Positions 1 to 8,762 are shown, counted from the first letter of the stretch. The stretch is 64,000 nucleotides of DNA from an uncultured Gammaproteobacteria bacterium (GCA_964634875.1 CAZWKA010000003.1:16591-80590); one strand, 5' to 3'. Program-made: numbers and translations. The notes: a model not told the origin generated them from the sequence alone.

Positions 1-503
1 CGCGCGAAGATGTGCTCGATGTTTTGTCGACTATTTTGGGCGGCGCGATGAGTTCGCGGTTATTTATAGAAGTCCGCGAACGCCGAGGTCTCGCCTATAT
101 GATAAGGAGTGGGGGAACATTTTTCCGTGATACGGGTGCAGTGTATGTCCAGGCTGGCCTTGATCCAGCCCGTATGCCCGAGGCGATTAAAGTCATCAAA
201 GAACAGCTTGTTCGCATGAAAGACGAAAAAGTTACGGAGAAAGAGTTAGAAGATGCTAAAAATAATATTGCCGGGGGTATTGCGCTTCGGATGGAAGATT
301 CGCATAACCAGGCAAACTGGTTTGCCGAAGAATTTATTTTTGCCAACCGTATCGAAACTCAAGAAGAAAAAATTAAGAAGATGAAAAAGGTGACCGCTGT
401 TCAAATTCAAGAATTAGCGAAGCAATTGTTTGATTTCGATCAGCTTCGAGTAGCGGCGATTTCACCGGTCACTCAAGAAAAAATTTTGGAGATGCTTAAA
501 TAA
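1..503 (+). CDS. M16-family (insulinase-like) peptidase, C-terminal portion; 5' end lies outside the window
   Basis: The reading frame is open from the window edge. The translation matches the Peptidase_M16_C-type region. A stop at 501-503 is followed 10 bp later by the tpiA start. Confidence 0.6.
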   Translation, partial: REDVLDVLSTILGGAMSSRLFIEVRERRGLAYMIRSGGTFFRDTGAVYVQAGLDPARMPEAIKVIKEQLVRMKDEKVTEKELEDAKNNIAGGIALRMEDSHNQANWFAEEFIFANRIETQEEKIKKMKKVTAVQIQELAKQLFDFDQLRVAAISPVTQEKILEMLK

Positions 504-512
504 TGTTCTTGT

Positions 513-1283
513 ATGGAAATGCCTACCCGCAAATACTATCTTTTTGCTAACTGGAAAATGTATCTCGATTACGACGAGAGTCTGGCTTTGGCGTCTGAGA
601 TAGCAACCAAGCTCGCCGTGGTGCCGGATTCAGTGGTGGCAGCAGTATTCCCGAGTGCCCTTTCTTTCGTTGGTGTCGAGAAAGTCCTTTCTGCCACGCA
701 AGTCAATGTAGGGGCTCAGAATGCGCATTGGGTAGATAAAGGTGGTTATACTGGTGAAATTTCACCAGAGATGTACCGGCGTGTTGGTGCTACATATGCC
801 CTCGTCGGCCACTCCGAACGCCGTCATCTGGCTGGTGAAACAAATCACGATGTACGCCAAAAAATAGAGGCGCTTTTGCAAGCGGGTGTAACCCCCGTTG
901 TTTGTGTTGGTGAAACTGCTCTAGAGCGGTCAGCTGGTCAGGCTACAGAAGTAGTTGAAGCCCAGCTCCGATCAGCTTTCGCAGAATTATCTTGGCCAGC
1001 GAACCAGCCGGTTATTATTGCCTATGAACCAGTCTGGGCAATAGGGACAGGGGAGGCGTGTGCAGCCCCGGCGGCCGAAGAGATGCATGCTCTTATCGCC
1101 GCGTTTACTCGGGCTTTGGTGCCAACTCCGCCAATTAGTATTTTGTATGGCGGCAGCGTCCGCACCGATAATGTGCAGAGCTATTTGCGTGAAGAACATA
1201 TTGACGGAGTCTTGGTTGGGGGTGCCTCGATAAAAACAGACACCTGGTTTCCGATTGTTGATGAAGTTTGTAAGCTTCTGTAA
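513..1283 (+). CDS. tpiA: triosephosphate isomerase
   Basis: 256 aa with the hallmark motifs FANWKM, VGHSERR and AYEPVWAIGTG. Confidence 0.9.
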   Translation: MEMPTRKYYLFANWKMYLDYDESLALASEIATKLAVVPDSVVAAVFPSALSFVGVEKVLSATQVNVGAQNAHWVDKGGYTGEISPEMYRRVGATYALVGHSERRHLAGETNHDVRQKIEALLQAGVTPVVCVGETALERSAGQATEVVEAQLRSAFAELSWPANQPVIIAYEPVWAIGTGEACAAPAAEEMHALIAAFTRALVPTPPISILYGGSVRTDNVQSYLREEHIDGVLVGGASIKTDTWFPIVDEVCKLL

Positions 1284-1291
1284 ACCACGCT

Positions 1292-2194
1292 ATGATTTGG
1301 ATCATCCTTATTGGTATTATTGTCCTCGGCCTTTTGTGTATTGGCTATATTATCTTTCGCCATTTTCCTCAATTATCCAACCTTGACGCGACCCGCCTGC
1401 CAGAAGAGCAGACAGCGCGCAAGAAAAAAGAAATTATCGACAAACGAGTTGATGAGCAGGCTCGCCATTTCCAGAAGCGGTTTGGTAAGCGCCTTGAGCC
1501 TTTGGCATTGCCGTGGAAAAAAATTCAACTTCGTTTTAGGATCTATGTGGGTAAGATCGAGCGTTTATGGCACCATGAAGAAGTTGTTAAAAAATCAACT
1601 AATCCTGGAGATGCATTAACTGATACTGATAAGGAGCAAAAAATTTTCCAGCATATCCAGGAAGGACAAAATAGCCTGAACCACGAGCATTTTGAGCAGG
1701 CCGAGGAGGCTTTTATCGCTGCAATCAAGATCGACCAGAATTCTCGAGAAGGGTATCGTGGCTTGGCTGATACCTATTTAGCCAAAGGAAATCTGCCTGA
1801 AGCCAAGGAAACCTACCAATTCCTGCTCCAGATGGAGCCGGATAACGACAATGTCCTCGTAAAGCTTGGTGAAATAGCAGAGAGCCAAGGGAATACAGAA
1901 GAGGCTATTGATTGTTACCAGCAGGCTGTAGTAATTAATGACCTTTTATCTCCGCGGTTTTACCATCTGGCCGAGCTCCTCCTCAAAGTCAAGCAGCCCG
2001 ACATTGCTCTTGAAGCTATCCAATCTGCAGTTGAGCTTGAGCCGAAGAGCCCAAAATATCTTGACTTATTAATTGAAGTTGCTATACTACTTTCCGATAA
2101 GAAACTCGCTTTGGAAGTGTACAACGAGCTCCGGCTCGTTAACCCCGAAAACCAAAAATTGGAGAGTTTCAAAAGCCGAATTAGTGAATTGTAG
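1292..2194 (+). CDS. TPR-repeat protein with N-terminal transmembrane helix
   Basis: N-terminal hydrophobic helix followed by repeated 34-residue Ala/Tyr/Leu-patterned units typical of TPR. Confidence 0.6.
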   Translation: MIWIILIGIIVLGLLCIGYIIFRHFPQLSNLDATRLPEEQTARKKKEIIDKRVDEQARHFQKRFGKRLEPLALPWKKIQLRFRIYVGKIERLWHHEEVVKKSTNPGDALTDTDKEQKIFQHIQEGQNSLNHEHFEQAEEAFIAAIKIDQNSREGYRGLADTYLAKGNLPEAKETYQFLLQMEPDNDNVLVKLGEIAESQGNTEEAIDCYQQAVVINDLLSPRFYHLAELLLKVKQPDIALEAIQSAVELEPKSPKYLDLLIEVAILLSDKKLALEVYNELRLVNPENQKLESFKSRISEL

Positions 2195-2200
2195 TTTTTT

Positions 2201-2282
2201 GGGCAGTTACCCAAGCGGTCAACGGGGGCAGACTGTAAATCTGCTGGCTCAGCCTTCCAAGGTTCGAATCCTTGACTGCCCA
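2201..2282 (+). tRNA. tRNA-Tyr (anticodon GTA), type II long variable arm
   Basis: Acceptor stem GGGCAGT/ACTGCCC, anticodon loop CTGTAAA, T-arm GGTTCGAATCC. Close to E. coli tRNA-Tyr. Confidence 0.8.
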
Positions 2283-2317
2283 CACCGGTGAGTGGTGAAA
2301 ATACTCATGTATACCAT

Positions 2318-2393
2318 GCCGCCTTAGCTCAGCTGGTAGAGCAGCTGTTTTGTAAACAGCAGGTCGTCGGTCCGAGCCCGACAGGCGGCTCCA
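2318..2393 (+). tRNA. tRNA-Thr (anticodon TGT), CCA encoded
   Basis: Acceptor GCCGCCT/AGGCGGC, anticodon stem GCTGT/ACAGC with loop TTTGTAA, T-loop GGTCCGAGCCC. Confidence 0.8.
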
Positions 2394-2412
2394 ATAACAA
2401 TTGAGAAAGAAT

Positions 2413-2485
2413 GCCGATGTAGCTCAGTTGGTAGAGCACGTCCATGGTAAGGACGGGGTCAGCGGTTCAAATCCGCTCATCGGCT
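2413..2485 (+). tRNA. tRNA-Thr (anticodon GGT)
   Basis: Acceptor GCCGATG/CATCGGC, anticodon stem CGTCC/GGACG with loop ATGGTAA, T-arm GGTTCAAATCC. Resembles E. coli thrT. Confidence 0.8.
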
Positions 2486-2494
2486 CTAAAAAAT

Positions 2495-2531
2495 AACCGG
2501 TTCTTAAGATAAGAGCCGGTTATTTTATTTT
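2495..2531 (+). terminator. rho-independent terminator after the tRNA cluster
   Basis: Stem AACCGGTTCTT / AAGAGCCGGTT followed by a T-rich run. Confidence 0.7.
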
Positions 2532-2614
2532 TGTGATGTGGGAGGTGTTGACTATGATAAAGATGGTTCTGTTAAAAAATCTTTGTATAGTGTATACTAT
2601 ATATACTTAGTTGT

Positions 2615-5572
2615 ATGATCTTACATCAAAATAAAAAGGAGGGGTCATTTATTCGTTTTCACAAAAGACATTTTCTTGTTGCGTTTATAGTTATGGTAGT
2701 GAGCACAGTATTTGTTACTGGGCTCGTTTTATTTTTTGTTAATTTATATCCACCTGGTTTGTCGCGCGCGGCTACTGTCGTTTGGACAGGTGAGACAGGG
2801 GATGGTTTGTGGCAAACGGCAGGCAACTGGAGCGGATCAGCTGTCCCGACTGCTTCTGATGATGTGACTATAGCTTCAACCAGTACTTTAATTACGGTGA
2901 CACTTTCATCGGGGCAAACGGCTAATTTTAGCACCCTAACTATTGGCGGGGAAACGTTATTGACTAATTTTATCCTCGAAGGGAATATTGGAACCGGTGG
3001 AAGTATTACAATTGATAACTCTGGTGTATTGGAGCAAAAGAATGCTGTTACTCAAACAATTAGTGGTACGCTGACTATAAAGGGCGGGGCAACTGGCGGT
3101 AAGTTAACACATACAGGAAATGCTTCTTCACAGAGTTATATTTTGAATTTTGTAGCTCAAGCTATTGATGTGCAAGCGGGTGGAGTCATTGATATTACGG
3201 GAAAAGGTTATGGAGATGCCAATTCTGGCCCCGGTCCTGGTATCGGTCAATCCAATGAGGGTGTTATTGAGTCAGGTGGTGGGGCGCACGGCGGTAATGG
3301 TGGAACGTATAATTTTTCACAAGGCGGCATTGGTTATTGTTTGGTAACCGATATTACAACCATGGGTTCGCCAGGTGGGCAGGCTGGTGGAGAGACTTTT
3401 AACGACCCAAGGCATGGTGCGGGAGGTGGGCTTGCTCTGCTGCGCTCGATCGCGACTACAACATTAAATGGTTCAATTATTGCTTCAGGTGCCGCAGGTA
3501 CTACTCTTGCAGACAACACGTATAGCGGAGGTGGGGGTGGAGGTGGTTTGCGAATTACTGCTGGCGGTGCGATTGCAGGTACTCCAACCGCAGTAACAGC
3601 TAACGGGGGCGCTGGTTTTGGTGAAGGTTCGGCCGCTGGCGGAGGTGGTTGTATTCAGTTGTCCTACCATACAACAAACTCAATTACCGCTCTTGGAGAC
3701 ATGGTAACGGTTGATGGCGGTGCTCAGTTTGTAGGTGCAAATCCGACTGCTGGTTTATTTTACGCTGCCCAAACTAATGCAGTCCCAACTACTACTGTTA
3801 CCAGCGTTGTTCAATCAACGACTTCCACAGTTACTTTTGTCGCCAGTGTCACTGATGTTGATTTAGACGTAACAAGCCTTGTGGTAGAACATTCGCTCGA
3901 CGGCGCAAACTGGTCGTCTTCTACGCTGGGTAGTGTTACCCCAAGCCAGGGGTCGGTCAGCACTTCAACCGGCCGTATTTCTGGTATTGCCACCGACACT
4001 GCTACTACGACACTAACAGCAGTTTGGAATATCGGGATCGACGCGCCGACAACAACAACCTCGACTGCCTACATGCGTTTTGTTCCAACCGACGGCGCAC
4101 TTACCGGCGCTGTGGCCACTTCGACAGTTTTTTCTATTGTAACGGTTCCCCCGAGTGATTTAAATATTACGAGCGTGACAGACCATGAAGCGAATTTTAC
4201 CTGGTCAACCCAGGATGTTTTTACAAGTTATGCGCTGCAAGATGTTGCTAATGCCGTTTCATCCGGATGGGTTACCGGGGATAGTCATCAGATTACTGAT
4301 TTAACCTGTGGAGTTGCATATACTTTTGCTATTAAAGGTAAAAGCAGTGCGGATGTTGAAACTGGTCTTTCCGCTAGTATTGCGACCACAACACTTAATT
4401 GTGGTCCAGCCTTTTCGGCGAGCGGGGGTGGTGGGGGTGGTGGAGCAAGTGATTCAGGAAGCTCTGCTCCAGCGCCGAGCCCAAGCACAGACGCGCCACA
4501 GCAACTGGTAACTGTACCTTTATTTTTACAACCACCGGTAACTCCTGAAGTGCTATTAAATGTACCTCTTACGCCCGTGCCGCAGGACAGGCTTTTGCAA
4601 CCGCTTACGGTTTTGCCGCCACCAACGACACCGTTGGTTCCAGACACCGTAGTATTGCCGCCACCGTTGCCTCCTCAGGAAGTGCAGTTGATTTTAAACC
4701 AGCAAGAACAAATAGCGCAAATCATTACCCAATCCGCCCAGGTCATTGCTCCTGTACTACAAGTAACCACGCCGGTAACGGTCGGTGCAGCGACGCACAG
4801 TGTAACGGTTTCCGCTGCTTCCGCATCGAGTATTACATTTGTTCTTCGTTCTAATCCAATTACCCTTACTCTACAGGCCGGTGAGCAGCGTGAGGCTGAT
4901 ACAGACGGGGATAGTGTGACAGATGTCTTGGTGTCATATAAAGGCTTGTTGGAAGGAAAACCGCTTTTGGCTTTAGCGCCGCTGATTAATCAGGATGAAG
5001 CTGTGGGTCCGTTTACCATCAATACCGGTGCCCTGCAGACAAAATCAACCGATGTGTTGCTTACCTTTGGTGTGAAGGATATTCGTTCGATAGAAATTTC
5101 TAATACACCAGATTTTGTTTCGAGCGTGCACTTTGTTGCTGCTTCTTCAACGCGCTGGAGGCTTCCTACTGAGGCTGGTGTCGCTACGGTGTATGCCCGT
5201 ATTTATAAAAATAATGATACGGTCGTTGGGGTGAGTGATAGTATCTTTGTCCGACCAGAAGCTTTGCCTAATTGGTCGGCTGTGATCCCGAAACCCGTTG
5301 CAACCTCCACCGTACCGGTACAAAAAGCGAAGCCAGTACCTGTGGTGTTTAAAACTCCCCTGAGAGCTGGTAGTGTGGGGAATGAAGTTCGCATGCTTCA
5401 AGTAATTCTTAAAGCGCAGGGGTTATTTCCCGTGCAGCAAGCCGTAACCGGTTACTTTGGTCAGTTTACGTACCAAGGGGTTGTCGCTCTGCAAAAGAAA
5501 AATTCCCTTACCCCTATCGGTCAGGTTGGGCCGCAGACGAGGGCACTTCTGAATGTTTTATCTGCTGAGTAA
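2615..5572 (+). CDS. large cell-surface protein with N-terminal TM anchor, Gly-rich beta-helix-like repeats, FN3-like segments, Pro-rich linker and C-terminal peptidoglycan-binding domain
   Basis: 985 aa. N-terminal hydrophobic helix, GGxGGxG runs and a PxxP-rich region. The C-terminal GNEVRMLQVILKAQG...GYFGQFTYQGVVALQK fits the PG_binding_1 pattern. Confidence 0.6.
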   Translation: MILHQNKKEGSFIRFHKRHFLVAFIVMVVSTVFVTGLVLFFVNLYPPGLSRAATVVWTGETGDGLWQTAGNWSGSAVPTASDDVTIASTSTLITVTLSSGQTANFSTLTIGGETLLTNFILEGNIGTGGSITIDNSGVLEQKNAVTQTISGTLTIKGGATGGKLTHTGNASSQSYILNFVAQAIDVQAGGVIDITGKGYGDANSGPGPGIGQSNEGVIESGGGAHGGNGGTYNFSQGGIGYCLVTDITTMGSPGGQAGGETFNDPRHGAGGGLALLRSIATTTLNGSIIASGAAGTTLADNTYSGGGGGGGLRITAGGAIAGTPTAVTANGGAGFGEGSAAGGGGCIQLSYHTTNSITALGDMVTVDGGAQFVGANPTAGLFYAAQTNAVPTTTVTSVVQSTTSTVTFVASVTDVDLDVTSLVVEHSLDGANWSSSTLGSVTPSQGSVSTSTGRISGIATDTATTTLTAVWNIGIDAPTTTTSTAYMRFVPTDGALTGAVATSTVFSIVTVPPSDLNITSVTDHEANFTWSTQDVFTSYALQDVANAVSSGWVTGDSHQITDLTCGVAYTFAIKGKSSADVETGLSASIATTTLNCGPAFSASGGGGGGGASDSGSSAPAPSPSTDAPQQLVTVPLFLQPPVTPEVLLNVPLTPVPQDRLLQPLTVLPPPTTPLVPDTVVLPPPLPPQEVQLILNQQEQIAQIITQSAQVIAPVLQVTTPVTVGAATHSVTVSAASASSITFVLRSNPITLTLQAGEQREADTDGDSVTDVLVSYKGLLEGKPLLALAPLINQDEAVGPFTINTGALQTKSTDVLLTFGVKDIRSIEISNTPDFVSSVHFVAASSTRWRLPTEAGVATVYARIYKNNDTVVGVSDSIFVRPEALPNWSAVIPKPVATSTVPVQKAKPVPVVFKTPLRAGSVGNEVRMLQVILKAQGLFPVQQAVTGYFGQFTYQGVVALQKKNSLTPIGQVGPQTRALLNVLSAE

Positions 5573-5573
5573 T

Positions 5574-5611
5574 AAAAAAATATCCACCTTGAGTAAGGTG
5601 GATATTTTTTT
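5574..5611 (+). terminator. rho-independent terminator
   Basis: Stem ATATCCACCTT gagt AAGGTGGATAT followed by TTTTTTT. Confidence 0.8.
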
Positions 5612-5681
5612 GATGCTCCACTTCGTCCTATCGCTCATACGAACTAATTCGTAGGAATGATAGGGTGGGCGAAGTGGGGTG

Positions 5682-5714
5682 GGGGCTCCGCGCGTTTTTG
5701 GCGCGCGGAGCCCC
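5682..5714. repeat. perfect 13-bp GC-rich hairpin at the left edge of a high-GC islet
   Basis: GGGGCTCCGCGCG-tttttgg-CGCGCGGAGCCCC. It is preceded by a second long imperfect inverted repeat at 5617-5680. Confidence 0.7.
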
Positions 5715-5726
5715 TGGATTGGCTTT

Positions 5727-6380
5727 CTAGCGGCGCCAGAAAGCCAGAAACATGAGGGCGAAGGGTGCGGTGCAGACCGCGCCGAGGAACACGAACGCGA
5801 CGAACCGTGCTCTCGGCGAGATCCGGCTGACGCGCCGGATGGCCTGGGTGCGGCGCTCCTGCTCGGGGATCAGCGTATATGGCTGCGTGCCGTTGCTGAT
5901 GGGGTGCCGCTGCGTGCCCTGCTCTGTGATGGGGAACAGGCCGGTCTCAGCCCCACGCAGAACCGCGAGCTGCATGGTTCCCTCTCTGGACAGGTCGAGT
6001 GTCGGGATCTCTTTGGTGTCGTCCTCGTCGCCCATGCTCTGCACCTCTTTGGTGGCGGTGAGCTGGCGCTCGAACGCGGCCAGGCGCAGGTTCAGCAGGG
6101 TCTTGTCCGGATCCTCCTCCAGTTCGTCAAGGAGGGGGGTGAGAGCCTGAAGCGGGGTGACAGACGAGGCCGGCGGCGGCACCTCAAGCGGCCGAGCCAA
6201 CAGTGTCAGCGCGTAGGCCTCCTGGTGGAAGCCGCGCGGGTTCGTGGGCGTACGCTCATCCCCGAAGAGAGGGGGTGTGCGGCTCGAGGGCGGGCTGTCG
6301 GCAGAGCTCTGCGGCGGGCACGACGGGTCAATCAGGGGCTTGGCGAAAAGGGGCGGAGTCAGACTGCTGTGCGTCTTCAT
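5727..6380 (-). CDS. proline-rich protein with C-terminal transmembrane tail anchor, encoded in a high-GC islet
   Basis: ATG at 6380 has GAGGT 6 nt upstream. The C-terminal stretch FVAFVFLGAVCTAPFALMFLAFW is hydrophobic. GC is visibly far above the flanks, and the opposite strand also shows long ORFs, as expected for GC-rich DNA. Confidence 0.45.
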   Translation of the reverse strand: MKTHSSLTPPLFAKPLIDPSCPPQSSADSPPSSRTPPLFGDERTPTNPRGFHQEAYALTLLARPLEVPPPASSVTPLQALTPLLDELEEDPDKTLLNLRLAAFERQLTATKEVQSMGDEDDTKEIPTLDLSREGTMQLAVLRGAETGLFPITEQGTQRHPISNGTQPYTLIPEQERRTQAIRRVSRISPRARFVAFVFLGAVCTAPFALMFLAFWRR

Positions 6381-6420
6381 GACTGTTACCTCGCTGGGTG
6401 GCAAAAAAGGTCGGGCATTG

Positions 6421-6469
6421 TAGCGGTGAAACAGTCTGATTAATAGCTTTATTAGACTGTTTCACCGCT
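6421..6469. repeat. 17-18 bp inverted repeat (hairpin) at the right edge of the high-GC islet
   Basis: AGCGGTGAAACAGTCTGAT ... ATTAGACTGTTTCACCGCT with one mismatch. Confidence 0.7.
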
Positions 6470-6685
6470 AGAACACTTTTTTAAGGAACAAAAAAACCTG
6501 CGGCTTTCGCCTACAGGATGCTCCATCCTAGCACATTTTTAGGGTTTTGTCAAGGGTGTTTTGGGGTATTTTGGCTAATTTTAGCTATTTTTATAGTTTT
6601 AGAGTAGTTCAAATACCACTATTTACTGTTGCGGGCAAACATTTTTAAGCAGTATCTTTTCTTGAGGCAAGAAGTTATTAGTGGT

Positions 6686-6710
6686 AAACTATAATTTCTA
6701 ATTATAGTTT
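6686..6710. promoter_or_regulatory. 10-bp perfect inverted repeat AAACTATAAT-N5-ATTATAGTTT immediately upstream of the J-domain gene start (candidate operator)
   Basis: Seen directly. Ends 9 bp before the ATG at 6719. Confidence 0.4.
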
Positions 6711-6718
6711 CTATATGT

Positions 6719-7660
6719 ATGCCTGGTAATCGAGAATGGCTGGTCCCCGCTGAATTTATAAAAAGAAAACCAACAAATTTGTATGAGGCACTTAAACTGC
6801 CTTTCCTTGCCTCGCCCGGCGAAGTGAAGGAGTCATATCGCCGTCTGGCAATGCGCTATCACCCAGACCAGGCCGGCACCAAGACTCCAGAGGAGATTCA
6901 AGCTGATGAAGAGCGTTTTAAAGAAGTTGATGAAGCGTACCAAATTTTAGCTCAGCCTGAAAAAAAGTTGAAGTATGATTTTGATACCATGGAAGCAGAG
7001 ACTGAAAAAGCAATGCACACGTGGAAAGAATGTGGAGGGCCAGATTTTGCCAATAAGCCGCAAGAGTACGAAATGCTCGCTCGCGATGAGGAAGCTTTTT
7101 TTAACAGCCTTTTTCGGACTGATCAGGCGAAAGAAAAAGCAACCAAAGTGTTGTCTGACCTTGGTTTTCACCGTGCCCCTGATGTGAAAGACCGTTTCCC
7201 GTATACTTTTATAGATACCGACCCTGGCGATACTGATGGGGCGTCAAACATTGTGTATGAAGCACGGGCGCTCCGTAAGGACGCAAAAGACCTTGGAAGC
7301 GCTGCTCAAAAAATTGTGGAGGAATGGGGCGAAAAGGAGGGTGTCCTTGACGCTCTCGGAATAAAACAGAAAATACGCGATTATATTGACACCGCGCGCC
7401 GAAAATTTTTTACGCCCCAGGCGATCGCTTATAGCGAAGCCGCTATAAAAATGTATGGCTCAAAGCAAAAGCGAAGGCAGACCGAATTTTTTTTAACCAA
7501 CTCCGATAGTCTGCTTAAACAGATGAAGGCGTACGACGAAACTGCCCAAGTTAATTTGTTGCCACAACAAGAAGGTGTTGATAAAAAAAAGCTGGCCACT
7601 TCTTTGCGAGGGCGGCGTTTATTATTTGTCGGACATTTAGAGACGATCGGTCTCGAGTAA
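6719..7660 (+). CDS. J-domain (DnaJ-like) protein
   Basis: N-terminal YEALKLPFLASPGEVKESYRRLAMRYHPDQ carries the HPD motif. The rest is an uncharacterised charged region. Confidence 0.7.
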   Translation: MPGNREWLVPAEFIKRKPTNLYEALKLPFLASPGEVKESYRRLAMRYHPDQAGTKTPEEIQADEERFKEVDEAYQILAQPEKKLKYDFDTMEAETEKAMHTWKECGGPDFANKPQEYEMLARDEEAFFNSLFRTDQAKEKATKVLSDLGFHRAPDVKDRFPYTFIDTDPGDTDGASNIVYEARALRKDAKDLGSAAQKIVEEWGEKEGVLDALGIKQKIRDYIDTARRKFFTPQAIAYSEAAIKMYGSKQKRRQTEFFLTNSDSLLKQMKAYDETAQVNLLPQQEGVDKKKLATSLRGRRLLFVGHLETIGLE

Positions 7661-7722
7661 GCTCTTTGTTCAGGGTGGCAAAAAAGGCCTGTTCAATCAA
7701 TGTATATTTTTAATTTTCGCCT

Positions 7723-8160
7723 ATGCTTAACCGCGATCTCATCAGCACCCTGACCCTCACTATCAACGCACCGGTCGCCAAAGTCTGGGACGGCCTTACG
7801 AACCCCGCGATGATCAAACAATGGCTCTTTGGCACCGATACCAAAACCACCTGGGAACCAGGCAGCGACCTTATTTTTAGCGGCGAATGGAGTGGGCAGG
7901 CCTACGAAGACAAAGGCAAAGTCGTCGTGTTCGAGCCGGAAAAAGTTTTGGAATATACCTATTGGAGCGCTTTTTCCAAATTACCGGACGCGCCGGAAAA
8001 TTATAGCCGCGTTAGGTTTGTTTTGTCTGATAAGGGTGATATCACCGAAATGGTGGTAACGCAGACCGGGTTTACGGGTGAAGAAGCGAAGCAGCATTCC
8101 ATGGATAATTGGAGGAGTACGCTGGGGAAGATGAAGGAGTTGGTGGAGGAAAATAATTAG
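7723..8160 (+). CDS. SRPBCC-family (AHSA1/polyketide cyclase-like) protein
   Basis: 145 aa. The VAKVWDGLTNPAMIKQW ... VVFEPEKVLEYTYWS pattern is typical of the SRPBCC/Activator-of-Hsp90-ATPase fold. Confidence 0.65.
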   Translation: MLNRDLISTLTLTINAPVAKVWDGLTNPAMIKQWLFGTDTKTTWEPGSDLIFSGEWSGQAYEDKGKVVVFEPEKVLEYTYWSAFSKLPDAPENYSRVRFVLSDKGDITEMVVTQTGFTGEEAKQHSMDNWRSTLGKMKELVEENN

Positions 8161-8171
8161 GTTTTTATTTT

Positions 8172-8753
8172 TTATCCCACTTGTCTTATCCAATCTCGGA
8201 TGATGCTTTGAATTCTCCCTATCTCTATTTCCGGCAATTCTCCGGTATGCATAATTATGTTTCTTGATAGTTCTAGGTCGTTAAAACGAGATGATATCCA
8301 GTGTTGATCGGGAAATAGATCGGAGAAATTCTCCCAATTAGCAACTATGATTTGAGCCAAGTTGCCAAACATTGTGTAACCTATTAACGAAGAGGATCGT
8401 GGAGTGTGGTATTTATTTTTCTCTTCTTTAGCCCTTAGATTTTCTGCTTGTTCCTGTACTTTCTTGGGAACATTGTCTTTCCACCATCCAATCCCAGCTC
8501 TCAATAAAAGTCGTTCTTCAATTAATTCTCGAACTGCGTTTTCCAAACAAAAGAACGATTGGTATGTCTTTGACATAAGACTAGCTCGATGTACTAAGAT
8601 TGGGCTGAAATCAGTTTCTTCCAAGACAGTGTCTTCCTCTTCTTTAACTATTCCCGAGTCAATCCCATCTCTCGTAAGTTTAATTAAGCTTTCGGTTGCA
8701 AGAATGCCATTAAAAACTAATTTTTTGAGCTGCTGTAAATTTGTTTTGTACAT
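8172..8753 (-). CDS. HEPN-domain protein (Rx4H motif), second gene of a two-gene cassette
   Basis: C-terminal LSRNIIMHTGEL matches Rx4-6H. Mostly helical composition. The local DNA is AT-rich, about 37% GC by eye. Confidence 0.55.
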   Translation of the reverse strand: MYKTNLQQLKKLVFNGILATESLIKLTRDGIDSGIVKEEEDTVLEETDFSPILVHRASLMSKTYQSFFCLENAVRELIEERLLLRAGIGWWKDNVPKKVQEQAENLRAKEEKNKYHTPRSSSLIGYTMFGNLAQIIVANWENFSDLFPDQHWISSRFNDLELSRNIIMHTGELPEIEIGRIQSIIRDWIRQVG

Positions 8754-8762
8754 AAGCCGGCC

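Noticed and set aside
1960-2291. ORFs 1960..2283(-) and 2073..2291(+) across the tRNA-Tyr gene
   Set aside because: They overlap a well-formed tRNA and the 3' end of the TPR gene and have no Shine-Dalgarno sequence. They are translation artefacts.
4420-4445. Short GGTGGTGGGGGTGGTGGA-type repeats (also at 38455-38485 and 3520-3545)
   Set aside because: They are coding Gly-runs within proteins. They are neither CRISPR repeats nor a dispersed repeat family. No CRISPR array was found anywhere in the window.
5679-6443. Plus-strand ORFs 5679..6443 and 5752..6150 inside islet A
   Set aside because: High-GC DNA yields long ORFs in several frames. The plus-strand products are Arg/Gly/Ala low-complexity. 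They start within the boundary hairpin and lack a Shine-Dalgarno sequence. The minus-strand ORF has a Shine-Dalgarno sequence and a coherent tail-anchor architecture.
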